DNA from: Candidatus Dadabacteria bacterium | GTDB taxonomy: Bacteria; Desulfobacterota_D; UBA1144; Nemesobacterales; CSP1-2 | Reading direction: 5' to 3' | NCBI GenBank assembly: GCA_963805855.1 | Contig: CAWDVW010000006.1 | Location: 128,001-192,000, forward strand | Length of the DNA stretch: 64,000 bases | In this document: one piece after another, positions 20,946-31,168 of the stretch | How the letters are laid out: every line of letters starts with the position of its first letter | Numbering within the stretch: the first letter of the stretch is position 1 | Made by a program: the position numbers and the translations under genes | The notes under the pieces: generated by a model | Seen by the model: only the letters and a program-made list of their open reading frames with translations | What the model was told of the DNA's origin: nothing | Databases searched by the model: none

Positions 20946-21707
20946 TTGAACGGAAAAAAACTCATCGTAGCAAATTGGAAGATGAACTTGTTGCGAAAAG
21001 ACTCTGAAAAATTTGCTATTAAGGTCGTTGAGCTGATTAAGGATTATACTCCAAACGTTGATGTAGTATTGGCTCCTGCGTATACTTTACTCGACGTTGT
21101 CTATGACGTAATTCATAGAACGGATATTCAACTCGGGGCACAGGATGTGTTTTGGAAGGACTCGGGCGCATTTACAGGAGAGGTTTCTCCGTATATGCTA
21201 AAGGATGTGGGTTGTGATTGGGCGATTATAGGTCATTCGGAGAGAAGGAATATATTAAAAGAAACTGACAATATGATCCGAGAAAAGATTCAGGCAACGT
21301 TGAAGGCGGGGCTAAAAGCAATTCTTTGTGTTGGTGAGACAGAAGAAGAAAGGGCAAAGGGAAAAACTGTCAAAACTGTTGAGGGTCAATTGGTCAGCGG
21401 TCTGAAGGATCAGGCGTTGGGCGATATTTCAAGTCTTGCGATAGCATACGAGCCCGTGTGGGCTATTGGGACGGGGAAGAATGCGACACCAGGGGAAATT
21501 GCCTATGTTCATTCGGTCATCAAGGATGTATCAAGAGGCATTTTACGAGTATCTGCTGATAAACTAAGAATCCTCTATGGTGGAAGTGTTACTCATGAAA
21601 ATATAAGAGAGATTATCTCAACAGAAAATGTTGATGGGGCTTTGGTTGGTGGTGCCAGTCTTGATGCATATGCATTTTCAAATATAGTAAAGGTAGCAGG
21701 AGATTAA
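20946..21707 (+). CDS. tpiA: Triosephosphate isomerase
   Basis: ANWKMN, IGHSERR, AYEPVWAIGTG, LVGGASL. Confidence 0.97.
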   Translation: MNGKKLIVANWKMNLLRKDSEKFAIKVVELIKDYTPNVDVVLAPAYTLLDVVYDVIHRTDIQLGAQDVFWKDSGAFTGEVSPYMLKDVGCDWAIIGHSERRNILKETDNMIREKIQATLKAGLKAILCVGETEEERAKGKTVKTVEGQLVSGLKDQALGDISSLAIAYEPVWAIGTGKNATPGEIAYVHSVIKDVSRGILRVSADKLRILYGGSVTHENIREIISTENVDGALVGGASLDAYAFSNIVKVAGD

Positions 21708-21713
21708 CGGGAC

Positions 21714-22139
21714 GTGGATATATTAATAACTCTTATTACGGTATTTCATATTGCGATTGCAATATTACTAGTAATAACCGTACTGCTTCAACCCGGAAAG
21801 GGTGGAGATCTTGGTTCGATGTTTGGCGGCGGCATGTCAGACTCGATATTTGGTTCTAGCGGTGCGGTTCCATTCTTAACAAAGACAACCAGGGTTCTTG
21901 CCGTTCTGTTCCTTGTAACTTCTCTTTCGCTTGGATTTTTCTTAACGAGAGACTATAAATCTTCGGTCGTGAAGGATCAGCCCGCTGCCCAAATTCATGA
22001 CGAGTTTGAAGAATTACCAGGGGCGGCTGAACCCGGAACTCAGGATGTCTCGTCAACGAGTCCCGGGGTGGAGGAGGGGAAATCATCATCGGCTGATGAA
22101 GCATCTGAGACTGTTCCCAAAGGGGATTCTAAGAACTAA
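21714..22139 (+). CDS. secG: Preprotein translocase subunit SecG
   Basis: VLLQPGKGGDLGSMFGG, FLTKTT; follows tpiA. Confidence 0.93.
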   Translation: MDILITLITVFHIAIAILLVITVLLQPGKGGDLGSMFGGGMSDSIFGSSGAVPFLTKTTRVLAVLFLVTSLSLGFFLTRDYKSSVVKDQPAAQIHDEFEELPGAAEPGTQDVSSTSPGVEEGKSSSADEASETVPKGDSKN

Positions 22140-22231
22140 ATTCTCTGTATTTTAGTGATGTGGCAACTAAATACTTGAATACTTTTGGGTAGTTGAGTAT
22201 ATTTACTGCTTAATTCAAGGAGGTTATTGAT

Positions 22232-22495
22232 ATGGCCTATATCATTGCTGAGCCCTGTATTACGGTAAAGGATAAATCCTGCGTCGAAGCTTGCCCCGTG
22301 GATTGCATTTATGAAGGGGATGAGCAGCTTTATATCCATCCAGAAGAATGTATTGATTGCGGTGCTTGCGTTGATCCGTGTCCCGTTGATGCGATATTTC
22401 ACGAAGATGAACTTCCCGACAAGTGGAAAAGTTTTATTGAGAAGAACAAGAATTTCTTTGAAGGAAAAACTGACTTGGAACCGGCTCGTAAATAG
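22232..22495 (+). CDS. 7Fe-type (3Fe-4S/4Fe-4S) ferredoxin
   Basis: C...[10 protein letters not shown] and [12 protein letters not shown]. Confidence 0.92.
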   Translation: MAYIIAEPCITVKDKSCVEACPVDCIYEGDEQLYIHPEECIDCGACVDPCPVDAIFHEDELPDKWKSFIEKNKNFFEGKTDLEPARK

Positions 22496-22621
22496 CATTT
22501 GGAAATCCAACGTTTGTTTGCCCACTCTTTTGGTTTCTTTAACTATTAAATCAAACTCAAATTAGATATCTTAAGAGGAGGTATGCCGATTAAGCATATG
22601 CCCCTTCTTATAAATTGATTT

Positions 22622-23329
22622 GTGGCTCGGGATAACCAGTTAAAGAGCACCAAATCCTCACGTGATGCGATGCACAACCTAGACAACGATATTGATGCAA
22701 AAAAGAAAAGGGTTAAGAGAATATTAGATGTTTTTAGAAAACTGTATCCCAGTCCAAAATGTCACTTGAATTTCAATAGTCCACTCGAGCTTCTGATTGG
22801 AACCATACTTTCAGCTCAATGCACTGATGAAAGAGTAAATCAAGTGACCAGGACGCTGTTCAAAAAGTATAGATCCGCCAGGGATTATGCTAAAGCAAAC
22901 CCGCAAGAGCTAGAGAATGACATACGTACAACCGGATTCTTTAGAAACAAGGCAAGGTCGATTATAAAGTGCACCAAAATCCTGGATGAAAAGTATTCGG
23001 GTGAGGTTCCTTTCGTCATGGAAGAACTCACAGAGCTTGATGGAGTCGGAAGGAAGACTGCTAATGTTGTTCTAGGCAACGCTTTTGGAAAGCCTGCTAT
23101 AATTGTTGATACACATATTAGGAGGCTAGCGCATAGGTTGGGTCTCTCGAATAAGAAAGACCCGGATAGGATAGAAATCGATATCAGGGATTTAGTGCCC
23201 AGAGATCAATGGACCTATTTCTCACTTGCCCTTGGAGATCACGGCCGAACGATTTGTAAAGCTAGAAAACCGAACTGCGCGGAGTGCAAGATTAATCAAC
23301 TGTGTCCCTCGGCTTGGACATTTGATTAG
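22622..23329 (+). CDS. nth: Endonuclease III
   Basis: LSAQCTDERVN, HhH GVGRKTANVV, VDTH, C-terminal Fe-S Cys cluster. Confidence 0.95.
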   Translation: MARDNQLKSTKSSRDAMHNLDNDIDAKKKRVKRILDVFRKLYPSPKCHLNFNSPLELLIGTILSAQCTDERVNQVTRTLFKKYRSARDYAKANPQELENDIRTTGFFRNKARSIIKCTKILDEKYSGEVPFVMEELTELDGVGRKTANVVLGNAFGKPAIIVDTHIRRLAHRLGLSNKKDPDRIEIDIRDLVPRDQWTYFSLALGDHGRTICKARKPNCAECKINQLCPSAWTFD

Positions 23330-23350
23330 ATATTTATTTAAATTGTAGAA

Positions 23351-24319
23351 ATGCAAAAGTTTTTGATGATGAAGAGAAGATACAACGCCTACAGCAATTT
23401 CCTAAAGGAGAAATTCGGCTGCAGGGTCCATAAGGTTTCTGTAGATATGGGATTTACATGCCCAAACAGGGATGGCAGTATTGCGCTAGGCGGTTGTGTT
23501 TACTGTAATAACGATACGTTTGTTCCCCCTTATGCCCGCGTGCGATTCTCGATGCAGGAACAGATAGAAAATGGGATGAGATATCTGAAAAAGAGGTTTA
23601 AGGCTGAGAAATTTATAATATATTTTCAGGCTTATACAAATACATATGACCGGATTGAGAAATTGGAAAAGTTATACAGGGAATCACTCGGTTATGGCGA
23701 TGTTGTGGGTATTGCGGTTGGAACCAGGTCCGATTGCATCGATGAGAAAAAGATGGAATTGTTTGAGGCTTTGGCTGATGAGTGCTTCGTGTCAGTCGAG
23801 TATGGAATAGAATCTATATATGACAAGACCCTGCGTTTTATGAACAGAGGTCATGATTATCAATCTGTCATAGATGCAATTGAGCTTACGAAGGGAAGAG
23901 GAGTACATATTGGGGCGCATATAATCCTGGGCATGCCCACTGAAACTGGAGAAGAGATGCTGCTTATGGCAGAAGAGGTATCAAAGTTGGGGATAGACTC
24001 ATTAAAAATTCACAATCTCCACGTAGTAAAAAATACTCCTCTTGCTGAGATTTACAAAAATTCACCTTTTCATCTTTTCAGTTATCACGAATATATCGAT
24101 CTTATCACTAGCTTCCTTGAACGTATTTCTCCCGACCTTGTAATTGAAAGGCTATTTACCGACACGCCTGAAGATCTCCTGATAGCCCCTGTTTGGAACA
24201 AGACCCATAATGCGATAATGCGTGCAATAGAGGAAGCGCTTGAATGGAAGAATACTTATCAGGGTAGGTTGTTTAATCACAATGAAAGCTTGGGGGAAAA
24301 GGCTCCCGTTCGTAGATAA
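23351..24319 (+). CDS. Radical SAM protein, TIGR01212/YhcC family
   Basis: GFTCPNRDG...GGCVYC, YFQAYTNTY. Confidence 0.9.
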   Translation: MQKFLMMKRRYNAYSNFLKEKFGCRVHKVSVDMGFTCPNRDGSIALGGCVYCNNDTFVPPYARVRFSMQEQIENGMRYLKKRFKAEKFIIYFQAYTNTYDRIEKLEKLYRESLGYGDVVGIAVGTRSDCIDEKKMELFEALADECFVSVEYGIESIYDKTLRFMNRGHDYQSVIDAIELTKGRGVHIGAHIILGMPTETGEEMLLMAEEVSKLGIDSLKIHNLHVVKNTPLAEIYKNSPFHLFSYHEYIDLITSFLERISPDLVIERLFTDTPEDLLIAPVWNKTHNAIMRAIEEALEWKNTYQGRLFNHNESLGEKAPVRR

Positions 24320-24348
24320 ATAATTTTTTCAATCGAAATTAATAGAGT

Positions 24349-24377
24349 TAAAACCTTTTCCGATATTGATCGTATTA
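24349..24377 (+). promoter_or_regulatory. Putative ECF (sigmaW-like) autoregulatory promoter
   Basis: TAAAAC-N16-CGTATTA; the same motif occurs at 26834. Confidence 0.65.
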
Positions 24378-24414
24378 CCTATTAGGCTTAAAAAATCAAA
24401 AAAATGAGAGTCTG

Positions 24415-25050
24415 TTGACAGATTTTGCCGAAAAGAAAGAGCCCACAGACGAAGAGGCCATGGTTAGGTTTCAAAATGGAGACTCAGCAGCTTTTGATGT
24501 TCTTCTCCACCAGCATAGCGCTGCTATTCTTAGATTTATAATGAATATGATGACAGTTAATAAATCGAATGCTGAAGATCTATTACAAGAAATATTCATG
24601 AAGGTCATAAAAAATAGAAAGCAATACGATTCAAACAGGAAATTTACCACTTGGCTTTATACCATAGCTAGGAACCGCTGCATAGATTACCTCAAGGCGG
24701 AAAAACACAGGCGCTACAGCTCCCTGGATGCTCCTCTCAATAGTGAGGCTAGCGACGGTTCAGTTCAATTGGAGATTGTTAGAAGCAAAGAGAAAAATCA
24801 GGAAGAAAAAATGATGAATAAGGAGATACGGGCAATACTCAACAGCGGAGTCGAAAATTTAAGAGCAGAGTTTAGGGAGGTCTTTTTGCTAAGGGAAATC
24901 GAGAGCCTTTCTCTTAAAGAGATTGCTGACATTACAAATGTCCCAATCGGTACTGTAAAAAGCCGCCTTAGATATGCTTATTTGAATCTCAGGGAGATTT
25001 TTATTCAGGCTGGTTATTTTGAGGAAGGGCAAATGGCTAAAGGGGTGTAA
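24415..25050 (+). CDS. ECF RNA polymerase sigma factor
   Basis: AEDLLQEIF, FTTWLYTIARN, EIADITNVPIGTVKSRL. Confidence 0.93.
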   Translation: MTDFAEKKEPTDEEAMVRFQNGDSAAFDVLLHQHSAAILRFIMNMMTVNKSNAEDLLQEIFMKVIKNRKQYDSNRKFTTWLYTIARNRCIDYLKAEKHRRYSSLDAPLNSEASDGSVQLEIVRSKEKNQEEKMMNKEIRAILNSGVENLRAEFREVFLLREIESLSLKEIADITNVPIGTVKSRLRYAYLNLREIFIQAGYFEEGQMAKGV

Positions 25051-25059
25051 AAGGCAATT

Positions 25060-26160
25060 ATGAGTTGTGAGAAATTTGAGGAGCTTTTAATCGATTTCAT
25101 AGAGGGTGTAATTGAGCCATCCGATATCGAATTGGTCAAAAAGCATCTTGCCACATGTCAAAACTGTTGTAAAAAGATGGATGAATTTAAGGAGGTTAGA
25201 AAGGTATTTAATGGAGATACCCATCCAGAGCCATCTCCAGAGGTGTTGGCGAGATTATCAAGGATAGCCAGAGAAGAGTTAGAAAAAGATAATGTTCCCT
25301 TCTGGAGGAAGTGGTTTTATTCTCCAATTTTAGTTCCAGTCCTTAGTGCTGGTTTGGCACTGGGTATATGGATTTCCTATGGCCAAAAAGATGTGAGGTA
25401 TGGTCCCGATGACGCAATATACTCAACGGAGGTTATGGCTAAAAAGATGCCTAGGGCACAAGAGTCGCATTTCCGAGCCGTTCGGGAAGAAGCTGTTCCA
25501 AATTTAGAATCCAATCAAGGTCTGTCATTGTCTGATGAACCCGTCTCTGCGCCTTATCTCGCTTCCGGAAAGAAAAGCAGAATCGAAGAAGAAACGACAA
25601 CAAGATCTGGCGAGCCTGCTCCTGCCAAAGAAGTGATTGCCAGAGGGGATATCAAAGAAGATGATGAATATTCCCTGCACAGAGATGAGGTTTCTGACAA
25701 GTTGGAAGCTAAAGCAATTGAAGAACCGGCTTCGGGACCGAAAATTGAAGCTGAAGAGGAGGCTTTTGAAGTTGGATCACTGTCGAAAGGAATATCTGGT
25801 GAGACAGAAGAGCAGAGGTCCCAAGAAGTTAAGCAAAAATCCAATATACCGACCTCATATTCATATACTGAAACGGCCTATAAAGATAAATTGGATTTAG
25901 GGCTCAAGCAGCAAAAAGAAGGGAACTGTGAGGCATCTATAAAGACGAATGAAGGGCTTGTTAATGTAACACCACCTCCAACGGACCCAATAATGGGAAA
26001 AGCTTACCTTTCCTTAGGCGAGTGTTATGAGCAACTGCGAGAGTGGGACAAGGCTGTAATTAGTTATAAAAATCTCCAGAAGATATCTCCGGAGCAGACT
26101 GCTTTTGCTTTAGATAAAATCGAATACATCAAGCGGCAAACGAGGATTTTAAAGAAGTAG
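25060..26160 (+). CDS. Zinc-binding (zf-HC2) transmembrane anti-sigma factor with C-terminal TPR
   Basis: HLATCQNC motif, TM helix, TPR-like C-terminus; follows the ECF sigma gene. Confidence 0.85.
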   Translation: MSCEKFEELLIDFIEGVIEPSDIELVKKHLATCQNCCKKMDEFKEVRKVFNGDTHPEPSPEVLARLSRIAREELEKDNVPFWRKWFYSPILVPVLSAGLALGIWISYGQKDVRYGPDDAIYSTEVMAKKMPRAQESHFRAVREEAVPNLESNQGLSLSDEPVSAPYLASGKKSRIEEETTTRSGEPAPAKEVIARGDIKEDDEYSLHRDEVSDKLEAKAIEEPASGPKIEAEEEAFEVGSLSKGISGETEEQRSQEVKQKSNIPTSYSYTETAYKDKLDLGLKQQKEGNCEASIKTNEGLVNVTPPPTDPIMGKAYLSLGECYEQLREWDKAVISYKNLQKISPEQTAFALDKIEYIKRQTRILKK

Positions 26161-26307
26161 CGACGGAAGATGCCGAACAATCCAAGCGCAATCGAGGGAT
26201 TGCTTTAGTTATTTCACTCCCTCGCAAATTGAAGCAATCCCATTAGTCAGGATTATTACGAGAGGGCCACACGAGATGAGCACTGAGTCAATCGACGTGC
26301 TCGCAAT

Positions 26308-26627
26308 TTTAAAAACCAGATATTTCCGGGATAAGATCTTTAAGAGTATTTTCTTAATTTATCTTTTTTTTCTTTCTAACTTCTTTGTCTTGATACAAAG
26401 AAGCAACCCTTCGACTGTGCTCAGGACAAGGGCTTACAAAAAACGCTTGCGTATCGAGCGAATGCGAGATATCTATTGCTATAATTAATTAGTTCTCTCA
26501 GTCACTTTGCTCCTTCGAGATGACAGTAATGATTGTCACTTTTCTTAACGCTTCCGGAATTGATTTTGGCAATTTTTTGAATGCCCATATAAGATCTAAC
26601 AGACTGACCACTAAATATCTAACTTCT
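26308..26627 (+). mobile_element. MITE copy B (degenerate ends)
   Basis: Core nearly identical to 20347-20570; flanked by GCAAT at 26303-26307 and 26628-26632. Confidence 0.75.
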
Positions 26628-26833
26628 GCAATGACTGCAAGGACTTGATCTAAAATTGAAGATACCATGCTGCTTGCTGCGGGGGCTTGCTCAATTTGAC
26701 ATAGTTCAATATGGGGCTGAAGTCGCTCCCACTTTCTGAATTATCCTAAAAAGTAAATCATCACTTTTTTTATTTAAAATCCCTCGGTAGTGTTATTTTG
26801 TGACAATCTGTGGCTGAAAGAATTCATTCATTT

Positions 26834-26862
26834 TAAAACCTTTCTTAAGTTCATTCGTATTA
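26834..26862 (+). promoter_or_regulatory. Putative ECF (sigmaW-like) promoter of the pspA-vWA operon
   Basis: TAAAAC-N16-CGTATTA. Confidence 0.65.
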
Positions 26863-26888
26863 ATCCATAAAATCCAAAAAAAGAGGGA

Positions 26889-27560
26889 ATGGAAATGGCA
26901 TTAAAAAATCGGATGGGGTTTCTCATCAAATCACAGCTCAACCACTTGGTGACAAGATCTGAAGACCCTGAGAAAGTCATTAATCAGGCGGTAGAAGAGA
27001 TTGATGATGGGCTGGAAAGTGCAAGATCAAGACTATCAGCACTTAAATTCAGAGTGGAAGAAGATCGACGTCTGCTAGAGAGGATCGGGGAGCAAATTTC
27101 CTATTGGGAGGAAAAGGCAGAACGGTTTATCGAAGATGATATGGAAGAAAATGCAAAAGAAGCGGTGAGGATGAGAAGAATCCTAGAAGGGCAACAGTGG
27201 GATATAAAGATCAGGCATGTAGAAGATGAAGAGAGGCTTAAAGAAATGGGTATTTCGCTTAAAGAGCTCGAAACCAGGGCACAGGTGGTAAGGGCCAAAA
27301 GAAATATTCTTATTAAAAAAATGAGTCTGGGTAAAGGTGAAACACATGAGGGAAGGGAAAAAAGGGATATAACTTTCGGTATCGAAGTTAAAGAACCTTT
27401 CAGCGTTTTCCACAAGATGGAAGAAAGGATAGAAGGCGAGGAAGGGTTCGATTATTTATTCCATGATAAGCAAAGGGAGATGTGGGAAAAGGAGGAGAAT
27501 CTCATCAATGAGGAAATTGCAAGAATAAAAAGAAAAATAAAAAAGGAGGGAGAAAAATGA
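26889..27560 (+). CDS. PspA/IM30 family coiled-coil protein
   Basis: SEDPEKVINQAVEE, WEEKAE...AKEAV, FHKMEERIE. Confidence 0.8.
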   Translation: MEMALKNRMGFLIKSQLNHLVTRSEDPEKVINQAVEEIDDGLESARSRLSALKFRVEEDRRLLERIGEQISYWEEKAERFIEDDMEENAKEAVRMRRILEGQQWDIKIRHVEDEERLKEMGISLKELETRAQVVRAKRNILIKKMSLGKGETHEGREKRDITFGIEVKEPFSVFHKMEERIEGEEGFDYLFHDKQREMWEKEENLINEEIARIKRKIKKEGEK

Positions 27561-28936
27561 TACGTAAAAGAAAATCGTTATTGTTATTTTTTTTAGGGAC
27601 GTTTGCCTTTCTGGTCGGGGCTAGGTACATAGTAGCATTTCCAAAAATTTCTCATCCGTTAAATTCGACCACGGATAGTGTCATATGGAACGTCGGATTG
27701 AACCGGCCATTTTTACAGAGGGGTTCGAATAGTGAGGTTTTGCTAAACTTAAAAATAAAGGGGCAGGAATTTAGCTCCCACCAAAGGGCTCCTGTAAATC
27801 TTGTTCTTGTTATTGATAGAAGTGGTTCGATGAGTGATAGTGGAAAGCTGGAGTATGCTAAAGACGCAGCGAAAACTATTATTTCAGGACTGGCAAGCAA
27901 AGATCGACTATCAGTTGTTGCATATTCTACTGGGGTTCAGCTGCTATATCCTATTCAGTATTTAAGGGATAAAGAAAGAGCTATATCAGTAGTTGATTCC
28001 CTGTATCCCACTGATTCGACAAACCTATCTGGAGGGTTGATCATGGGGATTGATCAGTTAAGGTCGCTTGAGAGCAGCGATTACATTAACCGGGTAATTT
28101 TACTCTCAGATGGATTGGCGAATGTTGGTATAACAAGCGCAGCCGAACTCAGTCGCGTCGCCAGTCAGGCGGCTGAAAGAGGGATCCATGTAACTACTAT
28201 GGGACTTGGATTACACTATGATGAAAACCTTATGATGAACCTGGCTGAACACGGTGCGGGAAACTACTACTTTATTGAGTCTCCAACACAGCTCGCAGGC
28301 ATTTTCAAAAAGGAATTCGGTCAAATGCTTGCAACAGTGGCAAAGGATTCCGTGATAAATCTTTCTCTATCCCCTGAGGTTGAGCTTAAAGAAATTTTTG
28401 GATACACACACACAACAAAAGATGGTTTTATTCAGATCAATTTGGGCGATCTGTACAGCGGACAGGAAAGAAACATCTTGATTAAATTGAATGCACCGAC
28501 AGGTAGCATAGGAAAACATCAGCTTGTTAACGCTTCATTAGAGTTTACCGACATATTGAACAATAACCACAATGTCAAATTAGAGAAGAAACTTGCCTAT
28601 CAAGTAACAGAGGATAAAACCAAGGTAATGGCTAACGAGGATAAAAAGATTTCTGCCAGGGGTTCTTCAGTAAATGCAGCGTACGACCTCTACCGAGCCA
28701 CCACTGAATACGAAAAGGGAAATAGAAGGGATGCTCTAAGTAGAGTCAAAAGGGCATTACAGAGTGTAGTTGAAATTAATAACTCTCCTCAAAAGAGCGA
28801 TGATACAGTGAAGCAGGAAGAGGTTCTTAGAGGTGCAATGGAAGTTCTTGCAGACGAAGCTCTAGCTCCAGGTACACCATCAGGAAAGAAGATAATAAAG
28901 GAATACAAAGCAGAGTCGAGAGAACAGCAGAAATAG
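27557..28936 (+). CDS. von Willebrand factor A domain protein (YfbK-like), membrane-anchored or secreted
   Basis: MIDAS motif DRSGSM, LLSDGLAN; ATGA overlap with the pspA-like gene. Confidence 0.9.
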   Translation: MIRKRKSLLLFFLGTFAFLVGARYIVAFPKISHPLNSTTDSVIWNVGLNRPFLQRGSNSEVLLNLKIKGQEFSSHQRAPVNLVLVIDRSGSMSDSGKLEYAKDAAKTIISGLASKDRLSVVAYSTGVQLLYPIQYLRDKERAISVVDSLYPTDSTNLSGGLIMGIDQLRSLESSDYINRVILLSDGLANVGITSAAELSRVASQAAERGIHVTTMGLGLHYDENLMMNLAEHGAGNYYFIESPTQLAGIFKKEFGQMLATVAKDSVINLSLSPEVELKEIFGYTHTTKDGFIQINLGDLYSGQERNILIKLNAPTGSIGKHQLVNASLEFTDILNNNHNVKLEKKLAYQVTEDKTKVMANEDKKISARGSSVNAAYDLYRATTEYEKGNRRDALSRVKRALQSVVEINNSPQKSDDTVKQEEVLRGAMEVLADEALAPGTPSGKKIIKEYKAESREQQK

Positions 28937-29010
28937 TGTTGTTAGTTATCCATAATGTAGAGTGGTTTTTTCGATTGTCACGGTGAAAAGTTCATGGTTT
29001 CTTGGGATAG

Positions 29011-29035
29011 GCGGGGTTTTCCAACCCCGCTTTTC
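29011..29035 (+). terminator. Putative intrinsic terminator (or REP hairpin)
   Basis: GCGGGGTT-TTCC-AACCCCGC followed by TTTT. Confidence 0.5.
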
Positions 29036-29210
29036 CTTATATCAGAATTTAGTCTTGAAAATACGGGGCTGGAAAGTACCGTCTATCCATCGTGAGTTAC
29101 GGTGAGTAGATCAATTAGAAAAATGTATTGGGACAAGGGTAAATATTCGTTAGCTAGCTACTTACCGATCATAATTATTAGTTAATAGCAAGCTATGTGG
29201 AGCGCAATTT

Positions 29211-29810
29211 ATGAAAAATAAACTAAAATCTTTTTTGGTTCCAATGATTATCGGTGGACTGTGGGGAGTTGTTATCTATCTTGTTTCTTCGCTAATTTTT
29301 TCTACTTTCCCTATTGCTTCTTCTCTTTTCTTTCCAGTTCTTTTTGGGGGTATTGCTGGAATTTTTTCGATTTGCGTCAGGACTGGGATTTCTGTCGAAA
29401 GAGCTATAATCGTTGGATTGTTGGCAGGGTCTATCTATAATCTACTTTCTCCGATTTTTCCTTTATTTGCATCAATTTTAGTTGGTGCCTGTATAGGAGC
29501 AGGTTTAGGAAGGGGTTCAGGAAAAATTTTTAAGCTTCTAGATACATTGGTAAGAGCGATGAAGGGGGTCTTACTGTTCCCGATATTGATTTTTTTTGGG
29601 AATTTAGTTTCACAGTTTGGTTTCAGTATTTTTAATTCTAGTACTGTTGTTTGGTTTATTTGGGGATTTTTACTTTTTTTTGCAATCTATGTAACTTGTG
29701 CTCCATTTTTAGATAGCTGTAGATCAGAGGGAGATCGAGATACCTATATTATGTTAGATGAAATTAAAAGAGAAAGTCAGGGAATACTTGAGGAAATGCG
29801 TCGCTTGTGA
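29211..29810 (+). CDS. Hypothetical multi-pass membrane protein
   Basis: Gly-rich hydrophobic helices. Confidence 0.7.
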   Translation: MKNKLKSFLVPMIIGGLWGVVIYLVSSLIFSTFPIASSLFFPVLFGGIAGIFSICVRTGISVERAIIVGLLAGSIYNLLSPIFPLFASILVGACIGAGLGRGSGKIFKLLDTLVRAMKGVLLFPILIFFGNLVSQFGFSIFNSSTVVWFIWGFLLFFAIYVTCAPFLDSCRSEGDRDTYIMLDEIKRESQGILEEMRRL

Positions 29811-29896
29811 AATACCTATTAATAAATAAAATTGCGGTTGACATTACTCATTTTCTTTTAAATGGTGTAAAATAAGGGCAAGAAGGAGGAAAATTC

Positions 29897-30346
29897 ATGA
29901 GAAAGTTGTATGTGTTAGCAATACTTTTGATAATTACTTCTTTTGCCTTATCTGCGAAACAAACCCAATCCCAAATGGGATATGAACCTGAGACCGGCAC
30001 AACAGCAAAAGAAAGGGAGAGAATTAAAAGAGACGTACAGGAAGTTATAAAAGAAAAAATGCCCGAGGTAAAACAAAATCCACAAAGATTATATTGTGCG
30101 GCATTATGGAATGCTTATTATGAGAAAGAAGGTTTGGAAATCCAGGTATTGACGCGAGGAGTGCACGATGAAGTCGTGGTATTTAGGTGTCCTGACTGCA
30201 GTTTGGAGAAAGAATTTGTAGATACCTTTTTAGTTTCGGAGTATCAAGGCAAAACCGGGATGGAGAGAATAAAAGAATGCGGGTTTTTAGTGGCGATCTT
30301 TAAAGGGGGGAGGGGAATACAGGAGATCATTAAACAAGTTCAGTGA
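29897..30346 (+). CDS. Hypothetical secreted protein
   Basis: AAGGAGG RBS, signal peptide, CxxC. Confidence 0.7.
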   Translation: MRKLYVLAILLIITSFALSAKQTQSQMGYEPETGTTAKERERIKRDVQEVIKEKMPEVKQNPQRLYCAALWNAYYEKEGLEIQVLTRGVHDEVVVFRCPDCSLEKEFVDTFLVSEYQGKTGMERIKECGFLVAIFKGGRGIQEIIKQVQ

Positions 30347-30733
30347 GTTTGGGGATACATGTTATTAGATCTGCTCTTTTGTTCGTGTAGGGGAAATCTC
30401 AATAGAAGAGGAAATGGTTCGAGCGTCGGTTTTAAGACCTCGCTGATGCATAGTTAATAGAGATCATTCGAAATTGCGGTATTCATTTTTTTCAATTCTC
30501 CGTGTCAACAATATAAAGATAATTAAAGATAAACCAACTGAATGATCTTTTTGGCTAATCTGTTTAGACTTTTTGGATTTTGACCTATAACTTATAACAT
30601 AAATACGATGAAGAGTAATGTGACTTTTTCCACGTATCATGACGCAATTATAGCCTGAAAGAATGATGATTTATGCGGATGGATTCATCGTTGGTTTGAT
30701 CTGTAACTCTCTATTAGCAGGGAGGCTATTTTA

Positions 30734-30964
30734 TTGAGTAAACCAGTGACTTTTCCTTTCGGTTGGATCAGAGACCTGGACGGTGAGAATTGGCAGCTCT
30801 TGTGGAATCCTGAGACGGGTATTTTTTTTGCAAAAGGGGCGATTTCAAAAAGGGTAATCAATTTAGGGGAGTCATCTAACTGGGTTGATGCAAAAGCCTT
30901 AGCCGATAAGGTTCAAAATGAAGCACAGATATATAGTCAAATATTGATCAATGAAAGCCCTTAG
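30734..30964 (+). CDS. Small hypothetical protein
   Basis: GGAGG RBS before TTG start; protein-like composition. Confidence 0.5.
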   Translation: MSKPVTFPFGWIRDLDGENWQLLWNPETGIFFAKGAISKRVINLGESSNWVDAKALADKVQNEAQIYSQILINESP

Positions 30965-31168
30965 ATTCATTCTTAGCTATCCTTTGCACTTTTTCTATCA
31001 TACAATAACCAAGCTGATGATAATACTGTATCGACAGTTAATAGCGAAGACAGGCTTAGAATCTGGCTTATTTTCTGATATAACGTTGCCAACAATATAT
31101 TGGCCATTTAAATAAGTATTTAAATTTCATGTGTCTTTCTGGTTTGATATAAAAATCTTTCGTATTTT

